Below are positions 16,310 through 23,662 of a stretch of DNA of 26,592 bases, piece after piece. The DNA is from a virus (taxonomy: Duplodnaviria; Caudoviricetes), in IMG/VR virus record IMGVR_UViG_3300032305_001201, positions 1 to 26,592 of that record, one strand, 5' to 3'. Under the pieces are notes generated by a model. The model did not search any database, had not been told where the DNA came from, and saw only the letters and a list, made by a program, of their open reading frames with translations. Position 1 is the first letter of the stretch. Each line of letters opens with the position of its first letter. Both the position numbers and the translations under genes were made by a program.

Positions 16310-18384
16310 CGATTGACCTCCCAATGGCGGAAGATGTCTCCGGCAGAGCCGGGAGCGTACTGCTCCTCTGTCTGCCCGGGAACAGGGGCATCGTCCAACG
16401 CCATCCATGCCAGTGCCAATGCAATGACCCGGTCGCCGTGGTTCTCACGCGCACCCGTACTCTCGTCCCGCAACCGACCGGGGATCACCCGACCGTTGCC
16501 GTCCAGCACATAGGCCAGCATTTCGTCCATCGTTCCAGTGCAGGGAATGATGATTTCCCCCTGCTGCACCGCTCTCGACAGGTTGCCCAAGAGCAGCCGC
16601 TTGCTCTGCTCACTCGACACCCAGCCCACGCGGTCGATGATCCCGTGGGTGGTCTTGCCCTCCCGCCGGGGCTTCCACACCCGATGGAACCGCTGGGCCT
16701 CAAAGTCGCGTTGCAGGCTCTGGCCGGGGCCGTTCACCTCCCACGCCACCACCGAATCCCGGAAAGCACCCCGGCAGACATCAGCCACCTCCGCCGCAAG
16801 GTCCGCAGGGCTGATGTTGGCATCGACCATCATCGCCACCATCTGGCGGGTAGAGGCATCCAGCACCGCGACCGCGCTGGCGTGGTTACCAGTTCCATAG
16901 GCAGGGTCCATGCCCACGGCGTATGACCCCACCTCGACATCACCCCAGAGCCGCCAACGCCCGGTTGGGCTGTCCACCCACCGACCCTTGATCCAGTTCG
17001 CACGGCGTGGCTCCCGCCCAAACTCCCGCCGATGCGCCGTCACCGACACACTGGGGAAGAAGGCCGCGCCAGCACCCATCGCCTCCGCGAACACGTTCTG
17101 CGCCAGATCGATCTTGTCACGCTTGCGCAACTGATCGCCAAGCCACGGGGTCCAGACGTAAGTGCCACCAGTGACACCTGTTACGGTTCCATCAGTGTCC
17201 ACCTTCGTGACCGACCCGTTCCCCTTCTCCGGGTGCTGGTAGTACAGCATCTCGATCAGTTCAGGGTTCCCCGTCCCACGCGCCTCCGACACCAACTTGT
17301 CGTAGCGGGTTCCAAAGCCGATAGGGGTACTCACCGCTATGCGGCAGGAAGTCGTGTCCGAAGCCGAACGCCACGCAGCCTCGTCATCCTCAAGCGCGGC
17401 GAACTCGTCAAACAGCACGAAGGTGCGGCGACCACCACGGCCAATGTGCGCACCACTCGCCTGACCAGCGATAGTGGCCCCGCTCACCGGGTGACGCAAG
17501 ACCATGTGTTGTCGATATGATCCACCTTTCCTCAAGTCCGTGACGGAACATGGGAGGATCCAACCGGGCTGGGTTGAGAGCAGGTAGTCAACTTTCCAGA
17601 ACAGGCTGTCCGGGTCGCCAGACCGATCCACGTTGTCCTCCACGCGGGACACCAGCAGGCTCTGCCACCCGTGGAACAGCCACCCCCATGTCGCCAGACC
17701 AAGCACAAGCCACGATGCCCCCATGTCGCGGCTCTTCCTGATCACGGAATCACGACCGTCCTTCACACACGCGGCCAGTTTCCGGATCGATCCGATCTGC
17801 ACAGGCCACGGGACAAACGGCACATCAGCCACCTCCACCGGGCGTTCCCGCCCGTCCAAGGTGACCTCCTTCACCCGGTAGGTCCATGCGGTCATGGCGA
17901 GCCACGCTGCCGGATCGCTCTTGAACAGCGCGTACAGATCCGCCCGTTCAGCCTCGTTCGCACCACGAACCACAAAGTCACGAAGAGCAATAACATCGTT
18001 AGGGTCCGTGGGCCATGTGGGTTGGTACAGGGCTTCCGAGAACGAGTCTAGACGGCGAGGGAGAGGGGAGTGGGACTCCGGCGGCGCGGCAGGCCCGGGG
18101 GATCCGTACGGCGAGGGGCCACCCCCCGCCCCCCCCACCCCACCCCCCCCCCCCGCGCCCCGGTCGCGCTTGCCCGCCGCCCGCGCTGCCCGCATGGCCG
18201 CAGCCCGCGCCCCCCTCTCGCCCGCCTTCGCCGCGTCCACCTCCGCCGCAGTCGGCACCCCGCCCGGGTGCGCCGCCTGCCACGCCGCCCACGCCGCGCC
18301 GCCCTGCGCCCGCGCCGCATTGCGCGTGTCGCACCATGCGCGTGTCGCCCCCTTGGCCCGACCCCGCCCATCATCCTTGCGCAT
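16306..18384 (-). CDS. terL: Terminase large subunit
   Basis: Walker A IRKSRDMGASW, Walker B VLFDEFA, coupling motif VSTP, nuclease GMDPAYG / WEVNGPG / HGDRVIALALA. The start is uncertain; ATG 18384 overlaps the terS end. Confidence 0.9.
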   Translation of the reverse strand: MRKDDGRGRAKGATRAWCDTRNAARAQGGAAWAAWQAAHPGGVPTAAEVDAAKAGERGARAAAMRAARAAGKRDRGAGGGGGVGGAGGGPSPYGSPGPAAPPESHSPLPRRLDSFSEALYQPTWPTDPNDVIALRDFVVRGANEAERADLYALFKSDPAAWLAMTAWTYRVKEVTLDGRERPVEVADVPFVPWPVQIGSIRKLAACVKDGRDSVIRKSRDMGASWLVLGLATWGWLFHGWQSLLVSRVEDNVDRSGDPDSLFWKVDYLLSTQPGWILPCSVTDLRKGGSYRQHMVLRHPVSGATIAGQASGAHIGRGGRRTFVLFDEFAALEDDEAAWRSASDTTSCRIAVSTPIGFGTRYDKLVSEARGTGNPELIEMLYYQHPEKGNGSVTKVDTDGTVTGVTGGTYVWTPWLGDQLRKRDKIDLAQNVFAEAMGAGAAFFPSVSVTAHRREFGREPRRANWIKGRWVDSPTGRWRLWGDVEVGSYAVGMDPAYGTGNHASAVAVLDASTRQMVAMMVDANISPADLAAEVADVCRGAFRDSVVAWEVNGPGQSLQRDFEAQRFHRVWKPRREGKTTHGIIDRVGWVSSEQSKRLLLGNLSRAVQQGEIIIPCTGTMDEMLAYVLDGNGRVIPGRLRDESTGARENHGDRVIALALAWMALDDAPVPGQTEEQYAPGSAGDIFRHWEVNR
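18122..18154. repeat. C-tract array (C6-G-C8-A-C4-A-C12); G-quadruplex-capable on the minus strand
   Basis: Read directly: ccccccgccccccccaccccacccccccccccc. Confidence 0.9.
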
Positions 18385-18871
18385 CGTCGGCCCCCGGTTC
18401 CGGCAGTGCTGCCGGGATCTCTGCTGCCGCTGCACGAAGTCGCGCAGCCGCAGCGAACCGCTCAAGCATTTCCACCGCCCGCGAGGCGTTGCCGTCCTCC
18501 ACCCGCAGTGCGCCGGACACCTCCACCCGCTGCGCCGAATCCCTGTACCGCCCGGGCTTCAAGCCCCGCAGCCGCAGGGCAATCGCATTGAGTTGCACCT
18601 GCGACCCCGGCAGCGTCCCGGCGGCGAGTTGATCCAGTGTCGCCTCATGCCCCTCCGCAATCGCCGCTTCCGCCCGCGCACGGGCAGCGGCGAAGACCCG
18701 ATCCGATTCGCTCCAACCGCACGGAGTTGCCTCCGCAACGCCCGCAGCACGGCAGGCGGCTCCCCAGCCCACCCCAGTCACCCATGCCCGTAGGAACGCT
18801 TCCTTGCGTTCCCTTGACTTCGTGAAATTAGGTGCGAAGTCTGCTAGCCAATCGCCCACTGGTTCATCCAT
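18371..18871 (-). CDS. terS: Terminase small subunit
   Basis: KEAFLRAW..G....AACRAAGV...T...W...D..F HTH and LRLRGLKPGRYRD motif; directly upstream of terL. Confidence 0.78.
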   Translation of the reverse strand: MDEPVGDWLADFAPNFTKSRERKEAFLRAWVTGVGWGAACRAAGVAEATPCGWSESDRVFAAARARAEAAIAEGHEATLDQLAAGTLPGSQVQLNAIALRLRGLKPGRYRDSAQRVEVSGALRVEDGNASRAVEMLERFAAAARLRAAAAEIPAALPEPGADDAQG

Positions 18872-18972
18872 GCGCCAAGTGTCGCACGGCTAGGCGTTTC
18901 CTGCGCGTTTCCCGGCGTTTCGTAGCCCTGAAAGATTTCTTGAGAATCTTGCCCGATTTCCTATACTGCCTA

Positions 18973-19000
18973 TTGACTCCCTGCCGATAGGTGATACCAT
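18973..19000 (+). promoter_or_regulatory. Early promoter P1 (sigma70-like)
   Basis: TTGACT-N16-TACCAT with TGn extension; AT-richer upstream flank. Confidence 0.7.
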
Positions 19001-19048
19001 CATGCCCGTGGGCGCGTTGCCCACAGCACCCCGCACTGGAGAACACCC

Positions 19049-19279
19049 ATGATCACTACCGAAACCGTTCGCGCCCTGTCCGATGCCGCTCTCGCTGACG
19101 AATACGCCGCTTCCTACCAACTGGTGGTTGCCGCCTACCGCACCGGATGGGAAATCTATCCCGACCTCGCCGCCGCATTCGATGTCATCTGCGGAGAACA
19201 AATCCGCCGCTTGATCGAACGTCAGGAACGCGCCCGCGAGTACCGCGCCGCCCGTGGCAAGTTTGGCCCGCGCCACTAA
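19049..19279 (+). CDS. Early hypothetical protein (76 aa)
   Basis: ACTGGAGAAC at 19035-19044 precedes the ATG. Confidence 0.75.
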   Translation: MITTETVRALSDAALADEYAASYQLVVAAYRTGWEIYPDLAAAFDVICGEQIRRLIERQERAREYRAARGKFGPRH

Positions 19280-19333
19280 CCGTGCCCCGCACCGCGTCCC
19301 CTGTTCGCAGGGGGCCGGATGCGCGCCACTGTG
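19280..19333 (+). repeat. Structured intergenic element, copy A
   Basis: CCGTGCCCCGCACC...CCCCTG-TTCG-CAGGGG...GGATGCGCGCCACTGTG immediately after TAA. Confidence 0.8.
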
Positions 19334-19366
19334 GCCCGCCTCGCACCTGACACTGGAGAACCGACT

Positions 19367-19828
19367 ATGACCACCCCGACCGCTACCGTCCCATCCGCCG
19401 CCGTCACCCTGTCCATCGGCATCCTCTTCGACCTGCACGTTCGCCTGACTGCCAATGCCGCGATTCTGCGCCTCCAGTTGTGGAAGACTGCGCAGTACTG
19501 GAATTCGGAGGAGGGTCGCATCTACGCCGCGTCCGAATGGTGCGGAGAGCAGGACGCACGGGCCGATTTCCGCGAACGCAAGGAAACCGAACTGGCCGAA
19601 CTGGAAGCGGCGATTGTGTCCGCCACCGATGCCATCCGCAACGCCGGATACGTCCCCTGTACGATGGATGATCAGTCCCTACGCGGAACCATGATTCTCC
19701 TCGCGTCGAACGCGGCTGACCTTGTCACCGGAGCCGATGCATCCTGTACGCAGACTGCAAACTGGTTGCTGCGCGAACTGACCACCTGCATCGAATGCTT
19801 CAACTGCCGCAGCGACTGCCGCATCTAA
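19367..19828 (+). CDS. Early hypothetical protein (153 aa)
   Basis: ACTGGAGAAC at 19352-19361; start MTTPTAT; Cys-rich C-terminus CIECFNCRSDC. Confidence 0.75.
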   Translation: MTTPTATVPSAAVTLSIGILFDLHVRLTANAAILRLQLWKTAQYWNSEEGRIYAASEWCGEQDARADFRERKETELAELEAAIVSATDAIRNAGYVPCTMDDQSLRGTMILLASNAADLVTGADASCTQTANWLLRELTTCIECFNCRSDCRI

Positions 19829-19878
19829 CCGTGCCCCCCACCTACCCCCCGCGAGGGGGGCTAGTGGGCTGCATTGTG
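19829..19878 (+). repeat. Structured intergenic element, copy B
   Basis: CCGTGCCCCCCACCTA-C6-GCGA-G6-CTAGTGGGCTGCATTGTG immediately after TAA. Confidence 0.75.
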
Positions 19879-19910
19879 CAACCCTTCGCACCTGACTGGA
19901 GAACCTGACC

Positions 19911-20270
19911 ATGCCCCGATTCGTCTGCAACAACACCGAACGCACCTCACTGGAATTCACCCACAACGCCGAAATGCGTGACCTCGCCCGCCCCGCAACC
20001 ATCATCGTTTCACATATTTGCGCCGAAATGAACCGGGACATAGCCGTGTTGCGGTCTGCATGGACATCGTCCCAGTGGAGCGTAAACCTGACCGTCACCC
20101 GTATGCGAATCCTCTCCGACCGGATCGGATCCCGCATCGACCTCCTCTTCCGAACGGGCTTCATCACCGTGGAATCGTACGCCGCCATGCATGGGGAGGC
20201 GAAGGAAGCACACTCCGCCGCCCTCGCCCGCCGTGCAAACGCCCTCGCCCGTGGGAAGGTGACCGCCTAA
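19911..20270 (+). CDS. Early hypothetical protein (119 aa)
   Basis: ACTGGAGAAC at 19895-19904. Confidence 0.75.
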   Translation: MPRFVCNNTERTSLEFTHNAEMRDLARPATIIVSHICAEMNRDIAVLRSAWTSSQWSVNLTVTRMRILSDRIGSRIDLLFRTGFITVESYAAMHGEAKEAHSAALARRANALARGKVTA

Positions 20271-20272
20271 CG

Positions 20273-20327
20273 CCGTGCCCCGCACCTGTCCCCGGCCCAC
20301 GCCGGGGGCGGGATGCGCGACACTGTG
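20273..20327 (+). repeat. Structured intergenic element, copy C
   Basis: CCGTGCCCCGCACCTGT-CCCCGGC-CCAC-GCCGGGG-GCGGGATGCGCGACACTGTG, 2 nt after TAA. Confidence 0.8.
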
Positions 20328-20387
20328 TCCGCAAGTCTAGTTCCGATAGCCTGTTACAGAAATTCTACAATCCTACTGAATTTCCTG

Positions 20388-20415
20388 TTGACATACTGCC
20401 GATAGACTGTAAAGT
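20388..20415 (+). promoter_or_regulatory. Early promoter P2 (sigma70-like)
   Basis: TTGACA-N16-TAAAGT; followed by the inverted repeat GGTCGGA-ACG-TCCGACC (20424-20440). Confidence 0.72.
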
Positions 20416-20468
20416 ACTCACATGGTCGGAACGTCCGACCGATTCACCCCTCACTGGAGAACCTCACT

Positions 20469-21485
20469 ATGGCACATCAGATCCGCAACAACGACCACCT
20501 TGTCCTCGCCGGGAAGTCCGCATGGCACGGACTGGGAACCGTGACGGAGGGCGCACCCAACCCCTTCGCCGCGCTCCGCCTCGCCCGACTGGAATGGGAC
20601 GTCCTCCCCTCCGCATCCATCTCCGGCATCTTCAACCCCGGCGAGACCGACGAATTCCGCGTCTCCACTGACACCGCGCAAGTACTGGTGCGGTCAGACG
20701 ATAAGTCCGTACTGGGCGTGGTCGGCCCCGACTACACCCCGGTGCAGAATTCGCAACTGGCCGAACTGGCCTACGCCCTGCGGGACGCGGGTTCTGACAG
20801 GGGTGTGGAGATCGAATCCGCCGGATCCCTGTACGGCGGTCGCCGGGTGTGGTTCTTGATCCGCGCCGCGTCCATCGAAATGGGCGGCAAGGGAGACGCG
20901 ACCGTCCCCTACTTCATGCTCACCAACGCGCACGATGGTACGGCCAGTCTACAGGGACTGGGTACGGGTACGCGGGTGGTGTGCGCAAACACCATGCGCA
21001 TCGCACTGGGCGAAGCGAAGGATCGCATTGCGTTCCGCCACACCTCCGGCATCGGGACGCGGGTGGAGGAAATGGCGGGCATTATCAAACAGTGGTTCGC
21101 GAACATGGAGAAGGGGCAGGCTGTCGCCTCCCGCCTCGCGGCCAAGCCCATGAACCGCGCTGCCATCCAAGCCCTGTGGGTGGAGGTGGTGCAGCGACTG
21201 GACGGCGAGATCCCGAACAACCCCACCAACGGGTGGGAGGAGACGCGCCGCGAGAAGGCGGTGGTGGGCCTCGCGCACATGGCGCAGGTGTTCGACCGCG
21301 AGTCGCAGCAGTACGGCGCGAACCTGTGGGTGGCGGCGAACGCGGCGACGAACTGGGTGCAGCACGTTCGCAGCCAGTACGCCATCCGCAAGGGTGACAG
21401 CACCGCCCGGGCCTACGCCCAGTGGAACGGCAGCACCGCCGACGATTCCGCCGAAGTGTGGAAGGTCGCGACCGCCGCAGTGTGA
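20469..21485 (+). CDS. DUF932/DUF945 family phage/plasmid protein
   Basis: AWHGLG, LEWDV, VLGVVGPDYTPVQN, ESAGSLYGGRRVWFL, LTNAHDG, RVVCANT, FRHT motifs; ACTGGAGAAC at 20453-20462. Confidence 0.85.
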   Translation: MAHQIRNNDHLVLAGKSAWHGLGTVTEGAPNPFAALRLARLEWDVLPSASISGIFNPGETDEFRVSTDTAQVLVRSDDKSVLGVVGPDYTPVQNSQLAELAYALRDAGSDRGVEIESAGSLYGGRRVWFLIRAASIEMGGKGDATVPYFMLTNAHDGTASLQGLGTGTRVVCANTMRIALGEAKDRIAFRHTSGIGTRVEEMAGIIKQWFANMEKGQAVASRLAAKPMNRAAIQALWVEVVQRLDGEIPNNPTNGWEETRREKAVVGLAHMAQVFDRESQQYGANLWVAANAATNWVQHVRSQYAIRKGDSTARAYAQWNGSTADDSAEVWKVATAAV

Positions 21486-21487
21486 GG

Positions 21488-21561
21488 CGACTGGTGCGCG
21501 GTCACCCCTCCCCCCGAAGTGGGGGAGGGGGATCCGCGAGTCAGTCGGGACGAATCCCGAC
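21488..21561 (+). other. Long intergenic hairpin overlapped by a second hairpin
   Basis: CGACTG/CAGTCG, CGCGG/CCGCG and CCCCTCCCCC/GGGGGAGGGG arms (21488-21547); GTCGGGA-CGAA-TCCCGAC at 21544-21561. Confidence 0.7.
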
Positions 21562-21589
21562 AGTACTGCGCAACTTACTGGAGAACCCT

Positions 21590-21901
21590 ATGCGACCCGA
21601 CCCCAAGATCGACACCCTGCGTACCGACCTCACCGCCTCCGTGTCCGGAACCGTCCACCGCCTGATCGAATGGCGCAAGCGTATGCAAACTGGGGGGATG
21701 CACGTTCCCGCCCGCCGCATCATCATGCGGGACATCGAACGCGCCCGGTGGCTCATCGATTTCTGCACCCCTATCACGACTGACGAGGAGCGGAAGGCAT
21801 TGCGATCCGCCCTCGCGAATGCGGAAGGGTACGCGCTGTTCCTGTTGGAGCAGCGAACCCAAGCCCGCAAGGCATTGGCCGCATCGATGCGTAACTCCTG
21901 A
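21590..21901 (+). CDS. Early hypothetical protein (103 aa)
   Basis: ACTGGAGAAC at 21577-21586; start MRPDPKID. Confidence 0.72.
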   Translation: MRPDPKIDTLRTDLTASVSGTVHRLIEWRKRMQTGGMHVPARRIIMRDIERARWLIDFCTPITTDEERKALRSALANAEGYALFLLEQRTQARKALAASMRNS

Positions 21902-21947
21902 TTTCATCTAGGCTTACAGAAATCTACAAACTTTCCTGTATTACCTA

Positions 21948-21975
21948 TTGACTTCCTGTCTACTTGTGGTAGACT
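21948..21975 (+). promoter_or_regulatory. Early promoter P3 (sigma70-like)
   Basis: TTGACT-N16-TAGACT with TGn extension; followed by GTCGGA-ACG-TCCGAC (21982-21996). Confidence 0.75.
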
Positions 21976-22022
21976 GCACTAGTCGGAACGTCCGACATCA
22001 CCCCTTACTGGAGAACCTGACC

Positions 22023-22481
22023 ATGAAGACCACCAAGTTGGAACACCTGCGCAAGATTCAGTCCGATGCATACGAAATTCTGTGCGAAGCAGTCACTGCG
22101 TTGGACATCGCGAAGCAGAAGTATCGAGAGGCAACCACTGCCTATGCCACCCAGTGCCGTGCGTGTGCCAATCGCAAGCAGGCAAAGCCGCGCCACAAGT
22201 ACCTCGCTGCCGTGCGCGATTCTTACGGCGACAGCACGGACACCGAATCGTTCTCCGCCAAGTCGGAAGCAATGGACTGGGCGAAGCGCAACCTGAAGAC
22301 CATCGACCCGGGCTGCTCCGTCACGGTGGAGCGGGTCACCCTGTCCGACATGACCTACGCCACCGTGTGGACGGCGGGCAATGCCCAGTCCATCGCCCGG
22401 TGGAACGGGGACGAAGACATCGAAGACCCGTGTGACGCAGCGCACCGTGCTTTCGTGAACGCCAACGACCTGACCGACTGA
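22023..22481 (+). CDS. Early hypothetical protein (152 aa)
   Basis: ACTGGAGAAC at 22007-22016; start MKTTKLEH. Confidence 0.75.
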   Translation: MKTTKLEHLRKIQSDAYEILCEAVTALDIAKQKYREATTAYATQCRACANRKQAKPRHKYLAAVRDSYGDSTDTESFSAKSEAMDWAKRNLKTIDPGCSVTVERVTLSDMTYATVWTAGNAQSIARWNGDEDIEDPCDAAHRAFVNANDLTD

Positions 22482-22506
22482 CTCACCCGCAACTGGAGAA
22501 CCAACC

Positions 22507-22722
22507 ATGAAGACCACCATCACCATTACTATGGAAATCGACGGCATCGATCCGAAGTCAGACGCGGCTAGCACATTCCTTGACCATGTCGAATCGGAGT
22601 TCGACCGGACGGCAGACAAACTGCAACGCGTTGCAGTTCCCCCTCTTCACTGCATCAACCGCTACTGGTTCGCCATCGAAGGCGGCGAGACTCGCCACAT
22701 GCCGGACGATCAGGACTGCTGA
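22507..22722 (+). CDS. Early hypothetical protein (71 aa, acidic)
   Basis: ACTGGAGAAC at 22492-22501. Confidence 0.72.
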   Translation: MKTTITITMEIDGIDPKSDAASTFLDHVESEFDRTADKLQRVAVPPLHCINRYWFAIEGGETRHMPDDQDC

Positions 22723-22774
22723 CCGTGTTCCCCACCTGTCCACCCACTGGGTGGGCGGGATGGGCAACACTGTG
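22723..22774 (+). repeat. Structured intergenic element, copy D
   Basis: CCGTGTTCCCCACCTGT-CCACCC-ACT-GGGTGG-GCGGGATGGGCAACACTGTG immediately after TGA. Confidence 0.8.
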
Positions 22775-22805
22775 TAGCCCTATCGCACTTACTGGAGAAC
22801 CGACC

Positions 22806-23072
22806 ATGATCAACATCGACTCACTGCTATTCGGCGGACGCACCCGCCTCACCGTCAAGGCGTGGATGAAACGCGCCACCCGCCCGATCACCACCACCGT
22901 ACTGGCCGGGGAGATTGATTCCCCCACCGCACGAGAACTGGTGCGGTGCGCATACGAACTTTCCAAGATCGACCCGGACAACGAGGCCGGGTTCGATGCC
23001 GCTGTTGAATCGTTCAACGCTGCGGAGTCTGCATTCCTCGCCGCACATTCTGACACGGAGGTTGAACTATGA
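22806..23072 (+). CDS. Early hypothetical protein (88 aa, acidic C-half)
   Basis: ACTGGAGAAC at 22791-22800; start MINIDSLL. Confidence 0.72.
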   Translation: MINIDSLLFGGRTRLTVKAWMKRATRPITTTVLAGEIDSPTARELVRCAYELSKIDPDNEAGFDAAVESFNAAESAFLAAHSDTEVEL

Positions 23073-23302
23073 AAGCGCAACGAAGCAGCAGCGATAACCC
23101 GCACTCAACGTGGAAGGAACGGAAGCAGGTTCCGCTTCCGCTCGTCACCTACGAAATGCTCCTCAAGTACCGGGAGTTGGTCGCCGCCGACCTTCCGGCG
23201 GGCGCGTTCCTGTCGATGCATGCGACCGTGCATCAGGCGGTGGAGGTTGCACTGGCATCCCGCCTCGCCGCAGCGGAGGGAGTTTCCAATGCCGCTAGGT
23301 AA
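23069..23302 (+). CDS. Putative ribbon-helix-helix DNA-binding protein
   Basis: RKQVPLPLVTYEMLLKYRE...SMHATVHQAVE fits a strand-helix-helix layout (inference); GGAGG RBS; ATGA overlap. Confidence 0.5.
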   Translation: MKAQRSSSDNPHSTWKERKQVPLPLVTYEMLLKYRELVAADLPAGAFLSMHATVHQAVEVALASRLAAAEGVSNAAR

Positions 23303-23615
23303 TCTCACCGCCCTGTCGATGGTGACCGCCGTCTACGGATCGACCATCTTTCAGGTCGATGACAACTTCGTGGTATGGAGTTCGGGAATCGCTGTGAAAC
23401 TGGACAAGGGTGCATGGGTTGGATCCAGTTTCGAGACTTGGCCCGGGGTCAACCCGCCGTGGAACCCGGTGTCCGCCCCGGTGCAGGTGTCCGCCCCGGT
23501 GGTGTCGGCTCCGGTGCAGGTGTTCACCATGCCCACGCCATCGGCCTCGCCCCGGGTGGTACGCCATCACTTCACGGTGGCGGGGCAGTCGGTAGTCTAC
23601 GAAACCACGCCTTGA
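23289..23615 (+). CDS. Hypothetical protein with VSAPV(Q) repeats
   Basis: GGAGGGAG RBS before ATG 23289; ends just before the terminator. Confidence 0.6.
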   Translation: MPLGNLTALSMVTAVYGSTIFQVDDNFVVWSSGIAVKLDKGAWVGSSFETWPGVNPPWNPVSAPVQVSAPVVSAPVQVFTMPTPSASPRVVRHHFTVAGQSVVYETTP

Positions 23616-23628
23616 GAGGGACGCGAAC

Positions 23629-23662
23629 AAGCCCCCGGCTAACGCCGGGGGTTTTTGTTTTT
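23629..23662 (+). terminator. Rho-independent terminator closing the early island
   Basis: CCCCCGGC-TAAC-GCCGGGGG followed by TTTTTGTTTTT, at the convergence of the + and - blocks. Confidence 0.88.

Noticed and set aside
17894-18793. Pro/Arg-rich ORFs on both strands around the C-tract
   Set aside because: Products of extreme GC content overlapping terL/terS; no RBS or motif support.
19273-22774. Integron attC sites (stops read CACTAAC, ATCTAAC, GCCTAAC before bulged hairpins)
   Set aside because: No complementary GTTRRRY R' box at the hairpin ends, copy D has TGAC, and no tyrosine integrase is in the window. Kept only as an analogy.
19280-22774. The four hairpin copies as Rho-independent terminators
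   Set aside because: None has a U-tract on either side, and genes after copies A, B and D have no promoter of their own.
19035-22800. CRISPR array suggested by the recurring repeats
   Set aside because: Repeats are short or degenerate and separated by whole genes of 200-1000 nt; no cas genes are visible.
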